Source of the DNA: a virus
Taxonomy: Duplodnaviria; Heunggongvirae; Uroviricota; Caudoviricetes
DNA length: 64,000 bases
Reading direction: 5' to 3' (one strand)
IMG/VR virus record: IMGVR_UViG_2974697560_000001
In this document: positions 44,306 to 53,557 of the stretch, piece by piece
Position numbering within the stretch: the stretch's first letter is position 1
How the letters are laid out: each line of letters opens with the position of its first letter
Position numbers and translations under genes: made by a program
The notes under the pieces: model-generated
Database searches by the model: none
Told to the model about the DNA's origin: nothing
What the model saw: only the letters and a program-made list of their open reading frames with translations

Positions 44306-44485
44306 ATGAGGAATGTATTTAGGGCGGCAGCCCAAAAGGCTGTACGCGAAGGTATATGTACCCCAGTCATAGGCTGTGGTCAGCCTATTCGAGATGAGGA
44401 TTTCAATGACGAAGAGTCTTTGCGAGAGTCCCGTATCTCAGGTCTCTGTCAGTCCTGTCAAGATAGGATTTACGGAGACCTCTGA
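44306..44485 (+). CDS. small Cys-containing hypothetical protein
   Basis: ATG-initiated C-terminal part of listed ORF 44231..44485. Confidence 0.35.
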   Translation: MRNVFRAAAQKAVREGICTPVIGCGQPIRDEDFNDEESLRESRISGLCQSCQDRIYGDL

Positions 44486-44589
44486 GGTCAGGATGGGCGA
44501 AGAGGCATTTCGATGCTCATCCTGTCAATATCAGTTTCCGTACCATTCGGATGACTGTCCGTACAACATGAACAACCAGAAGTAGCAAA

Positions 44590-44612
44590 AGGGCCCTTCG
44601 GGGCCCTTTTTG
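44590..44612 (+). terminator. rho-independent terminator AAGGGCCC-TTCG-GGGCCCTT-TTT
   Basis: read directly. Confidence 0.8.
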
Positions 44613-44620
44613 CGTAGGGG

Positions 44621-44649
44621 TTGACGCGGCCTGTCTGTTCGACTAGAGT
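44621..44649 (+). promoter_or_regulatory. promoter TTGACG-N17-TAGAGT(AGAG)
   Basis: recurring motif copy, directly upstream of the kinase/phosphatase gene. Confidence 0.6.
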
Positions 44650-44676
44650 AGAGCTAACAACAACGAAGGGAAAGAC

Positions 44677-45582
44677 ATGGCAACGCTTCTCATTCTCCGG
44701 GGTGTCCCTGGATGTGGTAAGAGCACTTTCGCCCATCAGTGGCTCATGGAGGGCGAGCGACGTGCCCGTGTAAACCGTGATGACATCCGTATGCAGTTCT
44801 TCGGCAAGGAGACTGGTGTGGATGAGAACATGGTTACACAAATTGAGCATATGCAGGTTGACAGTCTGCTTAAGGCTGGATACTCTGTGGTGGTCGATGA
44901 CACGAACATCCGCCACGCTTACATCAAGGCTTTCGTCAAGATTGCCAGTAAGCATGGTGTGCCTGTTGCGGTAAAGCAGTTCGATGTGGACCTCAAGGTT
45001 GCCATTGAGCGCAATGCTGGCCGGGCGGCACAGGGTGGTCGTGACGTTCCTACTCCTGTCATTGAGAAGATGCACAAGTCTCTCAAGTCAAGTGGACAGT
45101 TCACGCGCAAGCTGATTGAGGAAAGCTACTGTAGCTCTCCTGTTGGCAAGCCTTACGTTCGGCCGGTAGGCAAGCGGAAGATTTACCTCTTTGACATTGA
45201 TGGTACTCTTGCCAGCATGTCTGACAGGTCTCCGTTTGACTGGTCTCGCGTAGGAGAGGATGACCCTCGTAGGCAGGTCGTACTAACTGCTCAGGCACTC
45301 GCAGAGGCAGGTTACGACATTGTAGTTATGAGTGGTCGTGACTCTAGCTGCCGTGAAGAAACAATCGCTTGGCTGGAGTTCTACGATGTTCCTTTCTGTG
45401 ACCTCTTCATGAGGGCAGAGGGTGACATGCGTAAGGACAACATCGTCAAGCAGGAATTGTTTGACCAGCACATCCGTGACTTCTACGATGTTGTGGCCGT
45501 CTTTGACGACCGCCAGCAAGTAGTTGACATGTGGCGTGACATGGGCGTAGACTGCTTCCAGGTTGCGCCTGGAGATTTCTGA
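44677..45582 (+). CDS. polynucleotide 5'-kinase/3'-phosphatase (T4 Pnk-like)
   Basis: N-terminal GVPGCGKST P-loop kinase; C-terminal IYLFDIDGTL HAD DxDGT phosphatase. Confidence 0.8.
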   Translation: MATLLILRGVPGCGKSTFAHQWLMEGERRARVNRDDIRMQFFGKETGVDENMVTQIEHMQVDSLLKAGYSVVVDDTNIRHAYIKAFVKIASKHGVPVAVKQFDVDLKVAIERNAGRAAQGGRDVPTPVIEKMHKSLKSSGQFTRKLIEESYCSSPVGKPYVRPVGKRKIYLFDIDGTLASMSDRSPFDWSRVGEDDPRRQVVLTAQALAEAGYDIVVMSGRDSSCREETIAWLEFYDVPFCDLFMRAEGDMRKDNIVKQELFDQHIRDFYDVVAVFDDRQQVVDMWRDMGVDCFQVAPGDF

Positions 45583-45584
45583 CA

Positions 45585-45606
45585 GAAGGGGCCTTCGGGC
45601 CCCTCT
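45585..45606 (+). terminator. hairpin GGGGCC-TTCG-GGCCCC
   Basis: read directly. Confidence 0.6.
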
Positions 45607-45640
45607 TGTCGTTTGGCCCGGTGTGGTGTAGGCTGTAGGC

Positions 45641-45946
45641 ATGACTTACAAAAACCCCGAGAACTATTTCAAAATCCTGGTTCGTCCCTATGGTCCCCTT
45701 CCTCAAACTGGGGAAGAGGATGTCAGGACATGGGCTGTTGCTGGTGTAACCCACTATGAAACTGGTGGAATGTACAACAAGCCTATCGGTGTGGTGGAGT
45801 ATATCCAGTTTGGCTTCAAGAACGAACAGGTTGCCAAAGCCTGGATGGACGAGTATCTTAGGATGTACGTCAAGGACGCACACTTCGACCAGTATATTGA
45901 AGGCTGGTTGTTCGAGCCACTTGACGAGAGCAAGACCACACGCTAA
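45641..45946 (+). CDS. hypothetical protein
   Basis: ORF track 101 aa. Confidence 0.45.
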   Translation: MTYKNPENYFKILVRPYGPLPQTGEEDVRTWAVAGVTHYETGGMYNKPIGVVEYIQFGFKNEQVAKAWMDEYLRMYVKDAHFDQYIEGWLFEPLDESKTTR

Positions 45947-45979
45947 GCTAGTACCAACAACAACGACGAAGGGTCGAAA

Positions 45980-46456
45980 ATGAACAAGCGAGTTGCTACC
46001 ACTGCCGTATCCGCTGCCGTTGCTGCTGGGATGGTCTTCGGACTCTCCGCATGTGGCTCCGAAGCCAGTGATGGGTTCAAGAAGAACTGCAAGGCGGCTG
46101 GTGGCCACATCGAACGAGAGAATGATTTCGAGTCTCTGGGAATGGCTCCCATGGCATTCACTGCTCCGAAGCCTCCTGCCCCTAAGCCTGCCGCGCCTGC
46201 GGTAAAGGCTCCTTCTGTTCCGAAGGCTCCCAAGCCTGCGGCTCCGAAGGTGGAGATTCCCAAGACACCGAAGCTTCCGAAGAACGACGCTCCGAAGTCA
46301 AACAAGACTCGGACTCCTTCTGTCACGGCTACGCCTAACAGCAATGGTCTGGCCTTCGGAACTTCCAAGAGCAAGAAGCGCAAGTCGAAGAAGGCTGATG
46401 ACAATGACTTCCTCTGCGTGAAGGACGGCAACGTCCTCTTCGAAGAGGATGAGTGA
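45980..46456 (+). CDS. lipoprotein with Ala/Pro/Lys-rich repeats
   Basis: VFGLSACGS lipobox; repeated APKPAAPK. Confidence 0.5.
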   Translation: MNKRVATTAVSAAVAAGMVFGLSACGSEASDGFKKNCKAAGGHIERENDFESLGMAPMAFTAPKPPAPKPAAPAVKAPSVPKAPKPAAPKVEIPKTPKLPKNDAPKSNKTRTPSVTATPNSNGLAFGTSKSKKRKSKKADDNDFLCVKDGNVLFEEDE

Positions 46457-46486
46457 TTGACACAAAGAGTGCCTTGGTGATACACT
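46457..46486 (+). promoter_or_regulatory. promoter TTGACA-N18-TACACT ahead of tRNA-Leu
   Basis: motif read directly. Confidence 0.4.
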
Positions 46487-46496
46487 AAGTGCACGA

Positions 46497-46578
46497 GCGC
46501 CCATGGTGGAATGGTAGACACACTAGACTGAGACTCTAGGCTCGAATGAGCGTCCGGGTTCGACTCCCGGTGGGCGTA
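46497..46578 (+). tRNA. tRNA-Leu (GAG), class II
   Basis: acceptor GCGCCCA/TGGGCGT, anticodon arm CTAGA-CTGAGAC-TCTAG, variable GCTC-GAAT-GAGC, T-arm CCGGG-TTCGACT-CCCGG. Confidence 0.75.
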
Positions 46579-46579
46579 C

Positions 46580-46777
46580 ATGAGAATGGGAAGCAGAGTT
46601 GAGGTCAAGTATTTCGTTGACACGAAGACGATGACTGACTATTCTGGTAAAAAGGGCCAAGCTCTCACAAGGGAGCGCGGTGGTAAGTGGGGTGTAAGGA
46701 TTGATGGTCGTGAAGGCCCCAATCTCATCATCCCAGAAAAGCAGCTAAAGGAAATTCCCTGGACCGAAGGAGAATAA
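46580..46777 (+). CDS. hypothetical protein
   Basis: ORF track 65 aa. Confidence 0.45.
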   Translation: MRMGSRVEVKYFVDTKTMTDYSGKKGQALTRERGGKWGVRIDGREGPNLIIPEKQLKEIPWTEGE

Positions 46778-47008
46778 ATGCCTGACATGCCTTACATGGA
46801 ACGAGTCGGACGACAGTTCGTTTCTGACATGAATGAGGTTCTGACTGGTATCGACCGAATCAATGCACTTCGGGCGGTGGCACGACCAGCAAACCGTGAC
46901 AAGGCTGACAAGTATCTCAAGCTGTACACTGAGCAGAACCTTCCGCCAAAGACCATGGCAGAATGGCGAGTGCTCCGAGATGGAATGATTAAAAGGCTTC
47001 GAGGCTGA
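46778..47008 (+). CDS. hypothetical protein
   Basis: ORF track 76 aa; ggag RBS. Confidence 0.45.
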   Translation: MPDMPYMERVGRQFVSDMNEVLTGIDRINALRAVARPANRDKADKYLKLYTEQNLPPKTMAEWRVLRDGMIKRLRG

Positions 47009-47015
47009 GGCCCCA

Positions 47016-47086
47016 ACCCGCTTAGCTCAATGGTAGAGCGCCTGCTCGACACGCAGGAGACATGAGTTCAATTCTCTTAGTGGGTA
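47016..47086 (+). tRNA. tRNA-Val (GAC) with C at position 33
   Basis: acceptor ACCCGCT/AGTGGGT, D GCTC-AATGGTA-GAGC, anticodon arm CCTGC-TCGACAC-GCAGG, T-arm ATGAG-TTCAATT-CTCTT. Confidence 0.65.
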
Positions 47087-47103
47087 CTCCCGAACAAAGG
47101 AAC

Positions 47104-47301
47104 ATGATGGAAAGCGCAGTGAATTTGGTAATGGCGAGCTACCAGCTTGTCTATCCTGATGCTCCATATGAGTGGCTTGAGAAGGCTGCTAACGAGACTC
47201 TTCATTGGAGTGCTCGTGTCACTGACCCTACGCTAGAGCAGATGAATGCTCACCAGGCTCGAATTGACACAATGTGTCGGACAGGACAGTGGAATGTTTG
47301 A
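47104..47301 (+). CDS. hypothetical protein
   Basis: listed ORF 47062.. overlaps the tRNA; internal ATG chosen. Confidence 0.4.
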   Translation: MMESAVNLVMASYQLVYPDAPYEWLEKAANETLHWSARVTDPTLEQMNAHQARIDTMCRTGQWNV

Positions 47302-47497
47302 TAGCAATAGCGTCAAGGTTGGGATTCTGGTTCTGCTGGGATTCCTTGGTTTCGTCTTCGCCATCTCTGGTGGAATCGTTGCCAACACTTACCTTGAGAA
47401 TCAGAAGGTAAGTAAGTGCATCTCTGCAAATAAGATTTGGGCAGAGGGTGCATGTGTGAACAACATCAACGAACTTCGGTACGTTGACAACGACTGA
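47246..47497 (+). CDS. small membrane protein
   Basis: ORF track 83 aa with a hydrophobic helix. Confidence 0.4.
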   Translation: MLTRLELTQCVGQDSGMFDSNSVKVGILVLLGFLGFVFAISGGIVANTYLENQKVSKCISANKIWAEGACVNNINELRYVDND

Positions 47498-47511
47498 TTC
47501 GTCAGTCTCAT

Positions 47512-47587
47512 GGCTCTGTAGCAGAATCAGGTATATGCGCCGGTCTCAAACACCGGGTCAATGTGGGTTCGAGTCCCATCAGGGCTA
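47512..47587 (+). tRNA. tRNA with anticodon CAA (Leu by anticodon) but class-I architecture
   Basis: acceptor GGCTCTG/CAGGGCT, anticodon arm CCGGT-CTCAAAC-ACCGG perfect, variable GTCAAT, T-arm GTGGG-TTCGAGT-CCCAT. Confidence 0.55.
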
Positions 47588-47588
47588 C

Positions 47589-47813
47589 ATGGAATATACA
47601 CTATCAGAAGCTCCAGAGGGTTATACCTGGGAGCTGGGAGTCGAAGAAGGCTCCTTCATGGGGACAGAAGGAACGACGTATGAGATACGTCTAATGAAGG
47701 ATGGCAAGACCGTAGACACCAGGGGCGTGTTTGTTTCAAAGGCACGTGAGGCTGATACTGCTTCTTACATTTCTGCAATGGAGCAGAGCATCAGAATGAG
47801 CCTCGGTAACTGA
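47589..47813 (+). CDS. hypothetical protein
   Basis: ATG just after the tRNA; listed ORF 47484.. is an upstream read-through. Confidence 0.45.
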   Translation: MEYTLSEAPEGYTWELGVEEGSFMGTEGTTYEIRLMKDGKTVDTRGVFVSKAREADTASYISAMEQSIRMSLGN

Positions 47814-47821
47814 GGCTTTAT

Positions 47822-47904
47822 GGAAGGTGAGCGAGAGGTCTCGCAGGTAGTTTGCTAAACTGCTGGGTTGTAAAAGGCTCGGGGTTCGAATCCTCCTCCT
47901 TCCG
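47822..47904 (+). tRNA. tRNA-Ser (GCT), class II
   Basis: acceptor GGAAGGT/TCCTTCC (6 of 7), D GCG-AGAGGTCT-CGC, anticodon arm GTAGT-TTGCTAA-ACTGC, long variable arm, T-loop TTCGAAT. Confidence 0.6.
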
Positions 47905-47921
47905 CATAGTATAATAGGTCT

Positions 47922-48230
47922 ATGGAAATTAATAGACACCGCAAGAAGGGGAGCTTCGTTAGGCGTCACAGTCTATCGCTTGCTCTCCTTTTTGTGTTTT
48001 TGATTCAGTGTGTCATTGTGTGGTTCACAGGCTATTCAGACTGGAGAGGTGACCAGCTTCTACAGCATGCATCTGTTGCCATCTGGCCTGACTACCTGAT
48101 ACACTGGGTCTACGAGATGGCAGTCAGTCTGGTAGCAGACACCTACGGTGCTCTGCTTCTGGTGCTGTTTGCAAAATGGTTTTATGAAAAGGGTAGCCCA
48201 GAGAGTGGAGATGAAAATGACTCTAATTAA
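47922..48230 (+). CDS. membrane protein
   Basis: ORF track 102 aa with two hydrophobic helices; TATAAT upstream. Confidence 0.45.
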   Translation: MEINRHRKKGSFVRRHSLSLALLFVFLIQCVIVWFTGYSDWRGDQLLQHASVAIWPDYLIHWVYEMAVSLVADTYGALLLVLFAKWFYEKGSPESGDENDSN

Positions 48231-48420
48231 TTGCTCTCAGTGTGGCTTTCGGTTGGCAGAGGACGACTACATGGAAAATGGTGTATGCGGCCTCTGCCTT
48301 CTTGTTGCCCTGACTGAGGAACTGGGACTTTATGATACGAATATGGGAGGTGTAAATGAAGAAGAAGTGGATTTCGCCCGGCACGAGAGTGATGGACCGA
48401 GCGTACATGAGGGACCGTAG
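48211..48420 (+). CDS. small zinc-ribbon protein
   Basis: internal ATG of listed ORF 48148..48420; CSQCG...CGLC. Confidence 0.35.
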   Translation: MKMTLINCSQCGFRLAEDDYMENGVCGLCLLVALTEELGLYDTNMGGVNEEEVDFARHESDGPSVHEGP

Positions 48421-48557
48421 TGGTAATGTACATACGGGAGAAGCCCTCCTGCTAGCTCTGCTATTGCATGCAAAGGGCAAGACCAAGCGAGGTCAGGAAG
48501 AAATGACTGAGGTTGGTAAGATTATGAAGGACCGCAATCTACCAAAGGAAAAGAAGA

Positions 48558-48917
48558 GTGGCGACAGGCGAAGGGCCCAAAGAGGTAACAAGGCTTGAGT
48601 GGCATTATCTTGACATCCAAGAGTTCGTGAAGAACAATTGGGGTGTTGAATGGGAAGGCGGAGCTGCAATGGGCTTCCCTGCTCAAGACACCTATCATGA
48701 TGTTGAGGTAAACTATGGCGTCGAAGAGGGTGATGAACTCAATCTTTGGATTGATGACTACACCTTTGAAGAGGCCAAGACTGCCATTGAGAAGTTCAAG
48801 GCTGAGGGCATGCCTCGTGAAGAGTATGCTGAGCCTGGTGAGGGATTGCTTCTTAACTGGCTGGCATACGAGGGCCTGATTCCAAAGGGCGATTATCGTA
48901 TTTTGGTGTGGTGGTAA
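48558..48917 (+). CDS. hypothetical acidic protein
   Basis: ORF track 119 aa. Confidence 0.45.
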   Translation: MATGEGPKEVTRLEWHYLDIQEFVKNNWGVEWEGGAAMGFPAQDTYHDVEVNYGVEEGDELNLWIDDYTFEEAKTAIEKFKAEGMPREEYAEPGEGLLLNWLAYEGLIPKGDYRILVWW

Positions 48918-49177
48918 TGGGCTGGGGTTCAGGTACCAGGTACTTTGACTTCCCTCTAGACCTCATGCTAGAGTATGTCCCAGAAGACAAGCGCAAGGAA
49001 GTCATCGAGGCCCTGTATAGAGAGATTCGAGATGGCGACTGGGATACAGTCGATGAGTCTGCTTACTTCAACCTACTTGTCAAGTATGATATTGATGGGT
49101 ATGGTGAGTTGAAGAACGACCCTGACTATCTTGAGGAGCTTGATGAGGACGAGGCAGCGGAACTTCAAGAGATGTAA
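48908..49177 (+). CDS. hypothetical acidic protein
   Basis: ORF track 89 aa. Confidence 0.45.
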   Translation: MVVMGWGSGTRYFDFPLDLMLEYVPEDKRKEVIEALYREIRDGDWDTVDESAYFNLLVKYDIDGYGELKNDPDYLEELDEDEAAELQEM

Positions 49178-49337
49178 GTGTGGTCGGCCAATCTTGACCG
49201 GCCACCTTCGTCAATACAATGGTGATGACACCAAAGTTTGCCCAGCATGCAATGCTGAGCGTCAGATTGAGGAGATTAGGAATCGTGTCCGGCCCGAAGG
49301 TCTTGACAGCACTGATTCTGACGGGTACGATACTTAA
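49131..49337 (+). CDS. small zinc-ribbon protein
   Basis: CKCGRP...CPAC; overlaps neighbours. Confidence 0.35.
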   Translation: MRSLMRTRQRNFKRCKCGRPILTGHLRQYNGDDTKVCPACNAERQIEEIRNRVRPEGLDSTDSDGYDT

Positions 49338-49563
49338 CATAGTGTTCCTCACCATCGCTGCAAGCGAAATCAACAGAGCGATAGAGGAAATCAGCATTGA
49401 CATACAGCGAAATGCGTGTAGACATGCGAATCCGGAACTTGAAGACTGGTCTCAAAGCAACTATTGCGACTAAGGAGAGCGGTCGGTTTCGGATTATGGA
49501 TGAGAACGGTCATGTAGAAGATTTCGACCGGCATGATGCCGGAGAATGGGAACCGATTAAGTA

Positions 49564-49920
49564 ATGGGATTCTTTAAGGATTTTCGGAACATCGTAGCTT
49601 TTGAGAATTCACCTCACAAGGTGGATATTCAGGAGTGGGATTGTTTCGATGACCTGGTTCAGGAGTGGAAGAGCTACTTCGAAAAGAAGGCTCGTGCGGC
49701 AAAGATTAAGCCGTCTGACCTCCAGTTCGGAGGAAGCGTCTTCGATTCAGCAATGAATCTGGATGGCTCTACTCCTCCTGCCAAGCGCAGTGGTGGTAAC
49801 TGTACTGCTCGCGCTGTCCACCTTTTCAATAAGTATGGTCGAGGCAGTGGCCCTACATATGGTGCTGCAATGGCTGAGGGTCTTCACCTCGCCAAGGGTG
49901 GCCGCTCAAACTACAGGTGA
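49564..49920 (+). CDS. hypothetical protein
   Basis: ORF track 118 aa. Confidence 0.45.
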   Translation: MGFFKDFRNIVAFENSPHKVDIQEWDCFDDLVQEWKSYFEKKARAAKIKPSDLQFGGSVFDSAMNLDGSTPPAKRSGGNCTARAVHLFNKYGRGSGPTYGAAMAEGLHLAKGGRSNYR

Positions 49921-49926
49921 GTTGAC

Positions 49927-50166
49927 GTGGCCGAGCAGAAGCAGTACGATGTAATGGTCCAAGTGCAGTTCACCTGGGAGAACGAGTATGGTGATGAGCG
50001 TAAAACTTGGGCCACTAACATCGGCACCTACGGCTCAAATGACCCTGATTCGCTTCCTGAATGGATAGCTGCGAATCACGTCACCTGTGAGCCACCAGGA
50101 CCAGAAAAGGTCAAGAGGGTTCTGTTTTCAGAAATCTCTTGCTACACTATCACTGAGGTGAAGTAA
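49927..50166 (+). CDS. hypothetical protein
   Basis: ORF track 79 aa. Confidence 0.45.
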   Translation: MAEQKQYDVMVQVQFTWENEYGDERKTWATNIGTYGSNDPDSLPEWIAANHVTCEPPGPEKVKRVLFSEISCYTITEVK

Positions 50167-50226
50167 TGTTCAAAGGAGAAGGTAACCGGTCTTTCTAATA
50201 GAGACCGGTCTTTTCTGTCTCTGGCA

Positions 50227-50541
50227 ATGGAACTCAGTTTGAAGAGTAACATGAAGCAGAGGCATGGCGCAGTCATTGTCAAGGGTGGTAGAGTTCTCTC
50301 ACGAGGCTGGAACCTATTGAAGAATGACCCCAACAACGTAAGCGACGAGCACATTGAGCGCTTTTGCTCTGTGCATGCTGAGGCAATGGCAATCGCCCGA
50401 TGCAAGAAGGCCATAGGTGCAACTATTTATATTGCACGAAACAAGTCAGGCAACGCACGACACTCTAAGCCTTGTGATGCATGTCATGCTGCCATCGATG
50501 CGGCTGGCATCGCAAGGGTTGTGTACACGACTGACCTCTGA
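50227..50541 (+). CDS. cytidine/dCMP deaminase-family zinc enzyme
   Basis: VHAEAMAI (H-A-E) and PCDACHAAI (PCxxC) zinc-binding motifs. Confidence 0.7.
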   Translation: MELSLKSNMKQRHGAVIVKGGRVLSRGWNLLKNDPNNVSDEHIERFCSVHAEAMAIARCKKAIGATIYIARNKSGNARHSKPCDACHAAIDAAGIARVVYTTDL

Positions 50542-50586
50542 TAGACTCAACTACGTAACCGGCTCACAACTACCAAGGAGAGAATC

Positions 50587-52497
50587 ATGGAGCCTACTGC
50601 TATTTATGCCGAGCGCAAGGGAAACCTTGCCGGTGAGACTGTTGCAATGAGCGTGGATGCTGCGAGCATGGCGCACGTCATGTCCATCCTGACCGACCTC
50701 TACTCAGACCCCGTTCTGGCTGTCATTCGGGAATACAGCACCAACGCCTTTGACTCTCACATCGAGGCCGGTGTCAGTAAGCCCATTGAGGTCTCCCTTC
50801 CCAATGCTATGTCTCCCTTCTTCAAGGTTCGAGACTATGGTGTTGGCCTGTCTGTGGAAGACATTCGCAATGTCTACTCCAAGTATGGTGCGTCAACCAA
50901 GCGTTCTACCAATGAGCAGGTCGGTATGCTTGGACTTGGCTGCAAGTCTGCACTGACTTACACTCAACAGTTCACTGTTCGTTCTGTCAAGGACGGCCAG
51001 ATGGCTCACGTTGCTATCTCTCGTACCGAGGATGGCTCTGGTGTGATGCAGGTTGTTCACACTCAGGAAGTCGATGAGCCGAATGGCGTGGAGATTGCTG
51101 TTCCTGTCCACCGTCAGAATGATTTTGAATGGAAGGCTCGTGAGTTCTTCAAGTTCTGGGAGCCTGGCACTGTTCTGATTGACGGACAGGAGCCTGCTCG
51201 ATTTGACGGACTCAAGCTGAGCGACGACATTACCCTTGTTGAGGGTAGCAACACAGACTATGTTGTCATGGGTAACGTTGGTTACCGTGTCAGCAATGAG
51301 AACACTCTGTACCGTCCTCAGAATGGCTATTACCACAGCCGCAACTTCGGCATCATTGCCAAGGTTGCCATTGGTTCTGTCAACTTCACGCCTTCTCGTG
51401 AAGACCTGCATTACACTGAGCACACTCTGAGCACGCTTGAGAAGTTGCGTGAGGAAATCAGGAATGCGTTCGTCAACACGATTCAGGCTGCCGTTGATGC
51501 AAAGCCTGACCACCCTTCTGCTCGTGCTGAGTGGGAGAAGTGGCGTCAGCTTTCTGGTCTTGGCACGAATGCAATCACCTACAAGGGTGAGCAGATTCCT
51601 ACTGAGATTTCTCAGCCGCACCTGCGATACCGTCAGGACTATGGTCGAAACTCTGTGAATTTCCATCACAGCATTCGATTCAACGAGATTAACCGTTTTG
51701 TGCTCATCAGTGGCTACGAGAATGGTGAGATTTCTACGTCTCACCGTGCTAAGATGCGTCTGTGGGCAGAACAGAATGGCGTTCCTGCTCGTAGCTTCAT
51801 CGTTACCAAGGGTGTCATTGAGCAGAAGTGGTTCACGGCTGACAAGGCTGTGACGTGGGAAGAGGTCTTTGCTACAAAGAAGCCTCGTGTTCCTCGTACC
51901 GATTCTGTTGAGACATTCTCTGTCATGTCTCCTGGCCAGCGCTATGCACAGATGCAGCGAATTGCTGACCTTGACAAGACCAAGACTCTCATCGTATGGT
52001 CTACTGGTGACGAGAAGTACGAAGACCTGATTGGCCAGATTGTCAGGCTTCATGGCAATGCCTATTCAGTTCGTCTTCCTAAGAACCGTTGGGACAAGTT
52101 CCTGCGTGAGAACGCAAATGCGGTAAAGGTTCAGGACGTTCTGTCTGCTATGGTTAAGAAGGCTTTCGACGCGCTCTCTGACGACGAGAAGCTGAGCATG
52201 AGCATCGACTACTACGACCGTGGTACGCTGATGCGACTCGATGCGAAGCGTATTGACGACCCTGAGTTGGCGCGGTACACTAAGGTGGTACAGAGCATCC
52301 GCAAGAGTGACGCTATCGACCACTACAATGAGGTTGCGAACGTCTGCTCTCGACTCTTCATCGACCGACCTACGGTTGACAAGGTGGAGAGTCCCAAGGT
52401 AAAGTATCCACTACTGGCTGCGGTTGACAGCGCGTTCGGTCTCGCGGTCGAACACTTCTACATCTACGCAAACACTGTTTACTCCGAGGAGAAGTAA
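50587..52497 (+). CDS. GHKL-superfamily ATPase-domain protein (Hsp90/MORC/GyrB-like Bergerat fold)
   Basis: REYSTNAFDS (N box E-x-x-x-N-A-x-D), VRDYGVGLS (G1), GMLGLGCKSAL (G2); 636 aa; aaggag RBS. Confidence 0.55.
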   Translation: MEPTAIYAERKGNLAGETVAMSVDAASMAHVMSILTDLYSDPVLAVIREYSTNAFDSHIEAGVSKPIEVSLPNAMSPFFKVRDYGVGLSVEDIRNVYSKYGASTKRSTNEQVGMLGLGCKSALTYTQQFTVRSVKDGQMAHVAISRTEDGSGVMQVVHTQEVDEPNGVEIAVPVHRQNDFEWKAREFFKFWEPGTVLIDGQEPARFDGLKLSDDITLVEGSNTDYVVMGNVGYRVSNENTLYRPQNGYYHSRNFGIIAKVAIGSVNFTPSREDLHYTEHTLSTLEKLREEIRNAFVNTIQAAVDAKPDHPSARAEWEKWRQLSGLGTNAITYKGEQIPTEISQPHLRYRQDYGRNSVNFHHSIRFNEINRFVLISGYENGEISTSHRAKMRLWAEQNGVPARSFIVTKGVIEQKWFTADKAVTWEEVFATKKPRVPRTDSVETFSVMSPGQRYAQMQRIADLDKTKTLIVWSTGDEKYEDLIGQIVRLHGNAYSVRLPKNRWDKFLRENANAVKVQDVLSAMVKKAFDALSDDEKLSMSIDYYDRGTLMRLDAKRIDDPELARYTKVVQSIRKSDAIDHYNEVANVCSRLFIDRPTVDKVESPKVKYPLLAAVDSAFGLAVEHFYIYANTVYSEEK

Positions 52498-53463
52498 ATG
52501 ACCAACATTCAGTACAGCCTGATTCGGAACTCTGGTGGAGAGGTCATTACCGTTTTCGCAAACGGTGAGATGTTCTCTGCACTGGACACCCACCCGAACT
52601 GGGCCGGTATTAAGGCTGGTGCTGAGGCTGATGACCCGAATGTCATTGACCTCTTTGACATCGGTCGTACTGCTCAGATTCGCTTCGAGCGTCTTTCTGA
52701 GCGTGTCACTGTTCGCAACGGCAAGGTGCACTGGGACAATGTTCCTGTCCACTCTGCTCTGACCGAGCAGGTTGTTCGCTTCATCGAGAATGGTCAGGAA
52801 GACTTCGGTCCTCTTGTTGAGTTCTTCGAGAAGGTTCAGACCAACGAGAACGAGCACAGTCGAGAGCAGCTTTTCGATTGGCTCAAGGTTCACGACTTCA
52901 CGATTCTGCCCAACGGTAACTTCATTGGTTACAAGGGTGTCCGTGTAAATGGTGACTCTTACGAGAGCATCAGTCACGGAAATGCCATCTCCAATGGCAT
53001 TGAGTACACTGGTGCCATTCCTAACCCGATTGGCGCTGTGGTCGAGATGCCTCGTGACCAGGTTCAGCATGACCCTTCTGTGGGTTGCCACACGGGTCTG
53101 CACGTTGGCACTTGGGAATACGCTTCTGGGTTCGCTCAGGGTGCTGTTCTCAAGGTTGAGGTAAACCCTCGTGACGTTGTTTCTGTTCCTACCGATTGCG
53201 GTTGGCAGAAGCTCCGTACTTGTCGCTACACCGTTCTTGAGGTCATTGACGCCCCTGTTGATGGTCCTCTGGACATGGACCCTGCTGTTGCTGATGATGG
53301 CGGACAGGCTCTCTGGGCTGAGGCTGAGGAGCACTACGCCGACATGGCTGCGCAGAGCACCAATCCTATCGTAAAGACGATGGCTGGTGTGGTGGACACT
53401 CGTTTCAATCACCTTCGTCAGAAGCGTGATGCGAACGGACGATTCATTCCCAAGAGCAAGTGA
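52498..53463 (+). CDS. hypothetical protein, start abuts the GHKL gene stop
   Basis: ORF track 321 aa; TAAATG junction. Confidence 0.5.
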   Translation: MTNIQYSLIRNSGGEVITVFANGEMFSALDTHPNWAGIKAGAEADDPNVIDLFDIGRTAQIRFERLSERVTVRNGKVHWDNVPVHSALTEQVVRFIENGQEDFGPLVEFFEKVQTNENEHSREQLFDWLKVHDFTILPNGNFIGYKGVRVNGDSYESISHGNAISNGIEYTGAIPNPIGAVVEMPRDQVQHDPSVGCHTGLHVGTWEYASGFAQGAVLKVEVNPRDVVSVPTDCGWQKLRTCRYTVLEVIDAPVDGPLDMDPAVADDGGQALWAEAEEHYADMAAQSTNPIVKTMAGVVDTRFNHLRQKRDANGRFIPKSK

Positions 53464-53467
53464 TGTC

Positions 53468-53486
53468 AGGCCCCTTCGGGGGCCTT
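53468..53486 (+). terminator. hairpin AGGCCCC-TTCG-GGGGCCT
   Basis: read directly. Confidence 0.6.
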
Positions 53487-53496
53487 TCGTCATCTC

Positions 53497-53526
53497 TTGA
53501 CACAGACATCTACAAGATGTTAGAGT
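53497..53526 (+). promoter_or_regulatory. promoter TTGACA-N18-TAGAGT(TAGT)
   Basis: recurring motif copy. Confidence 0.5.
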
Positions 53527-53557
53527 TAGTACAACGACGAACGAAAGGAAGGGCGTC

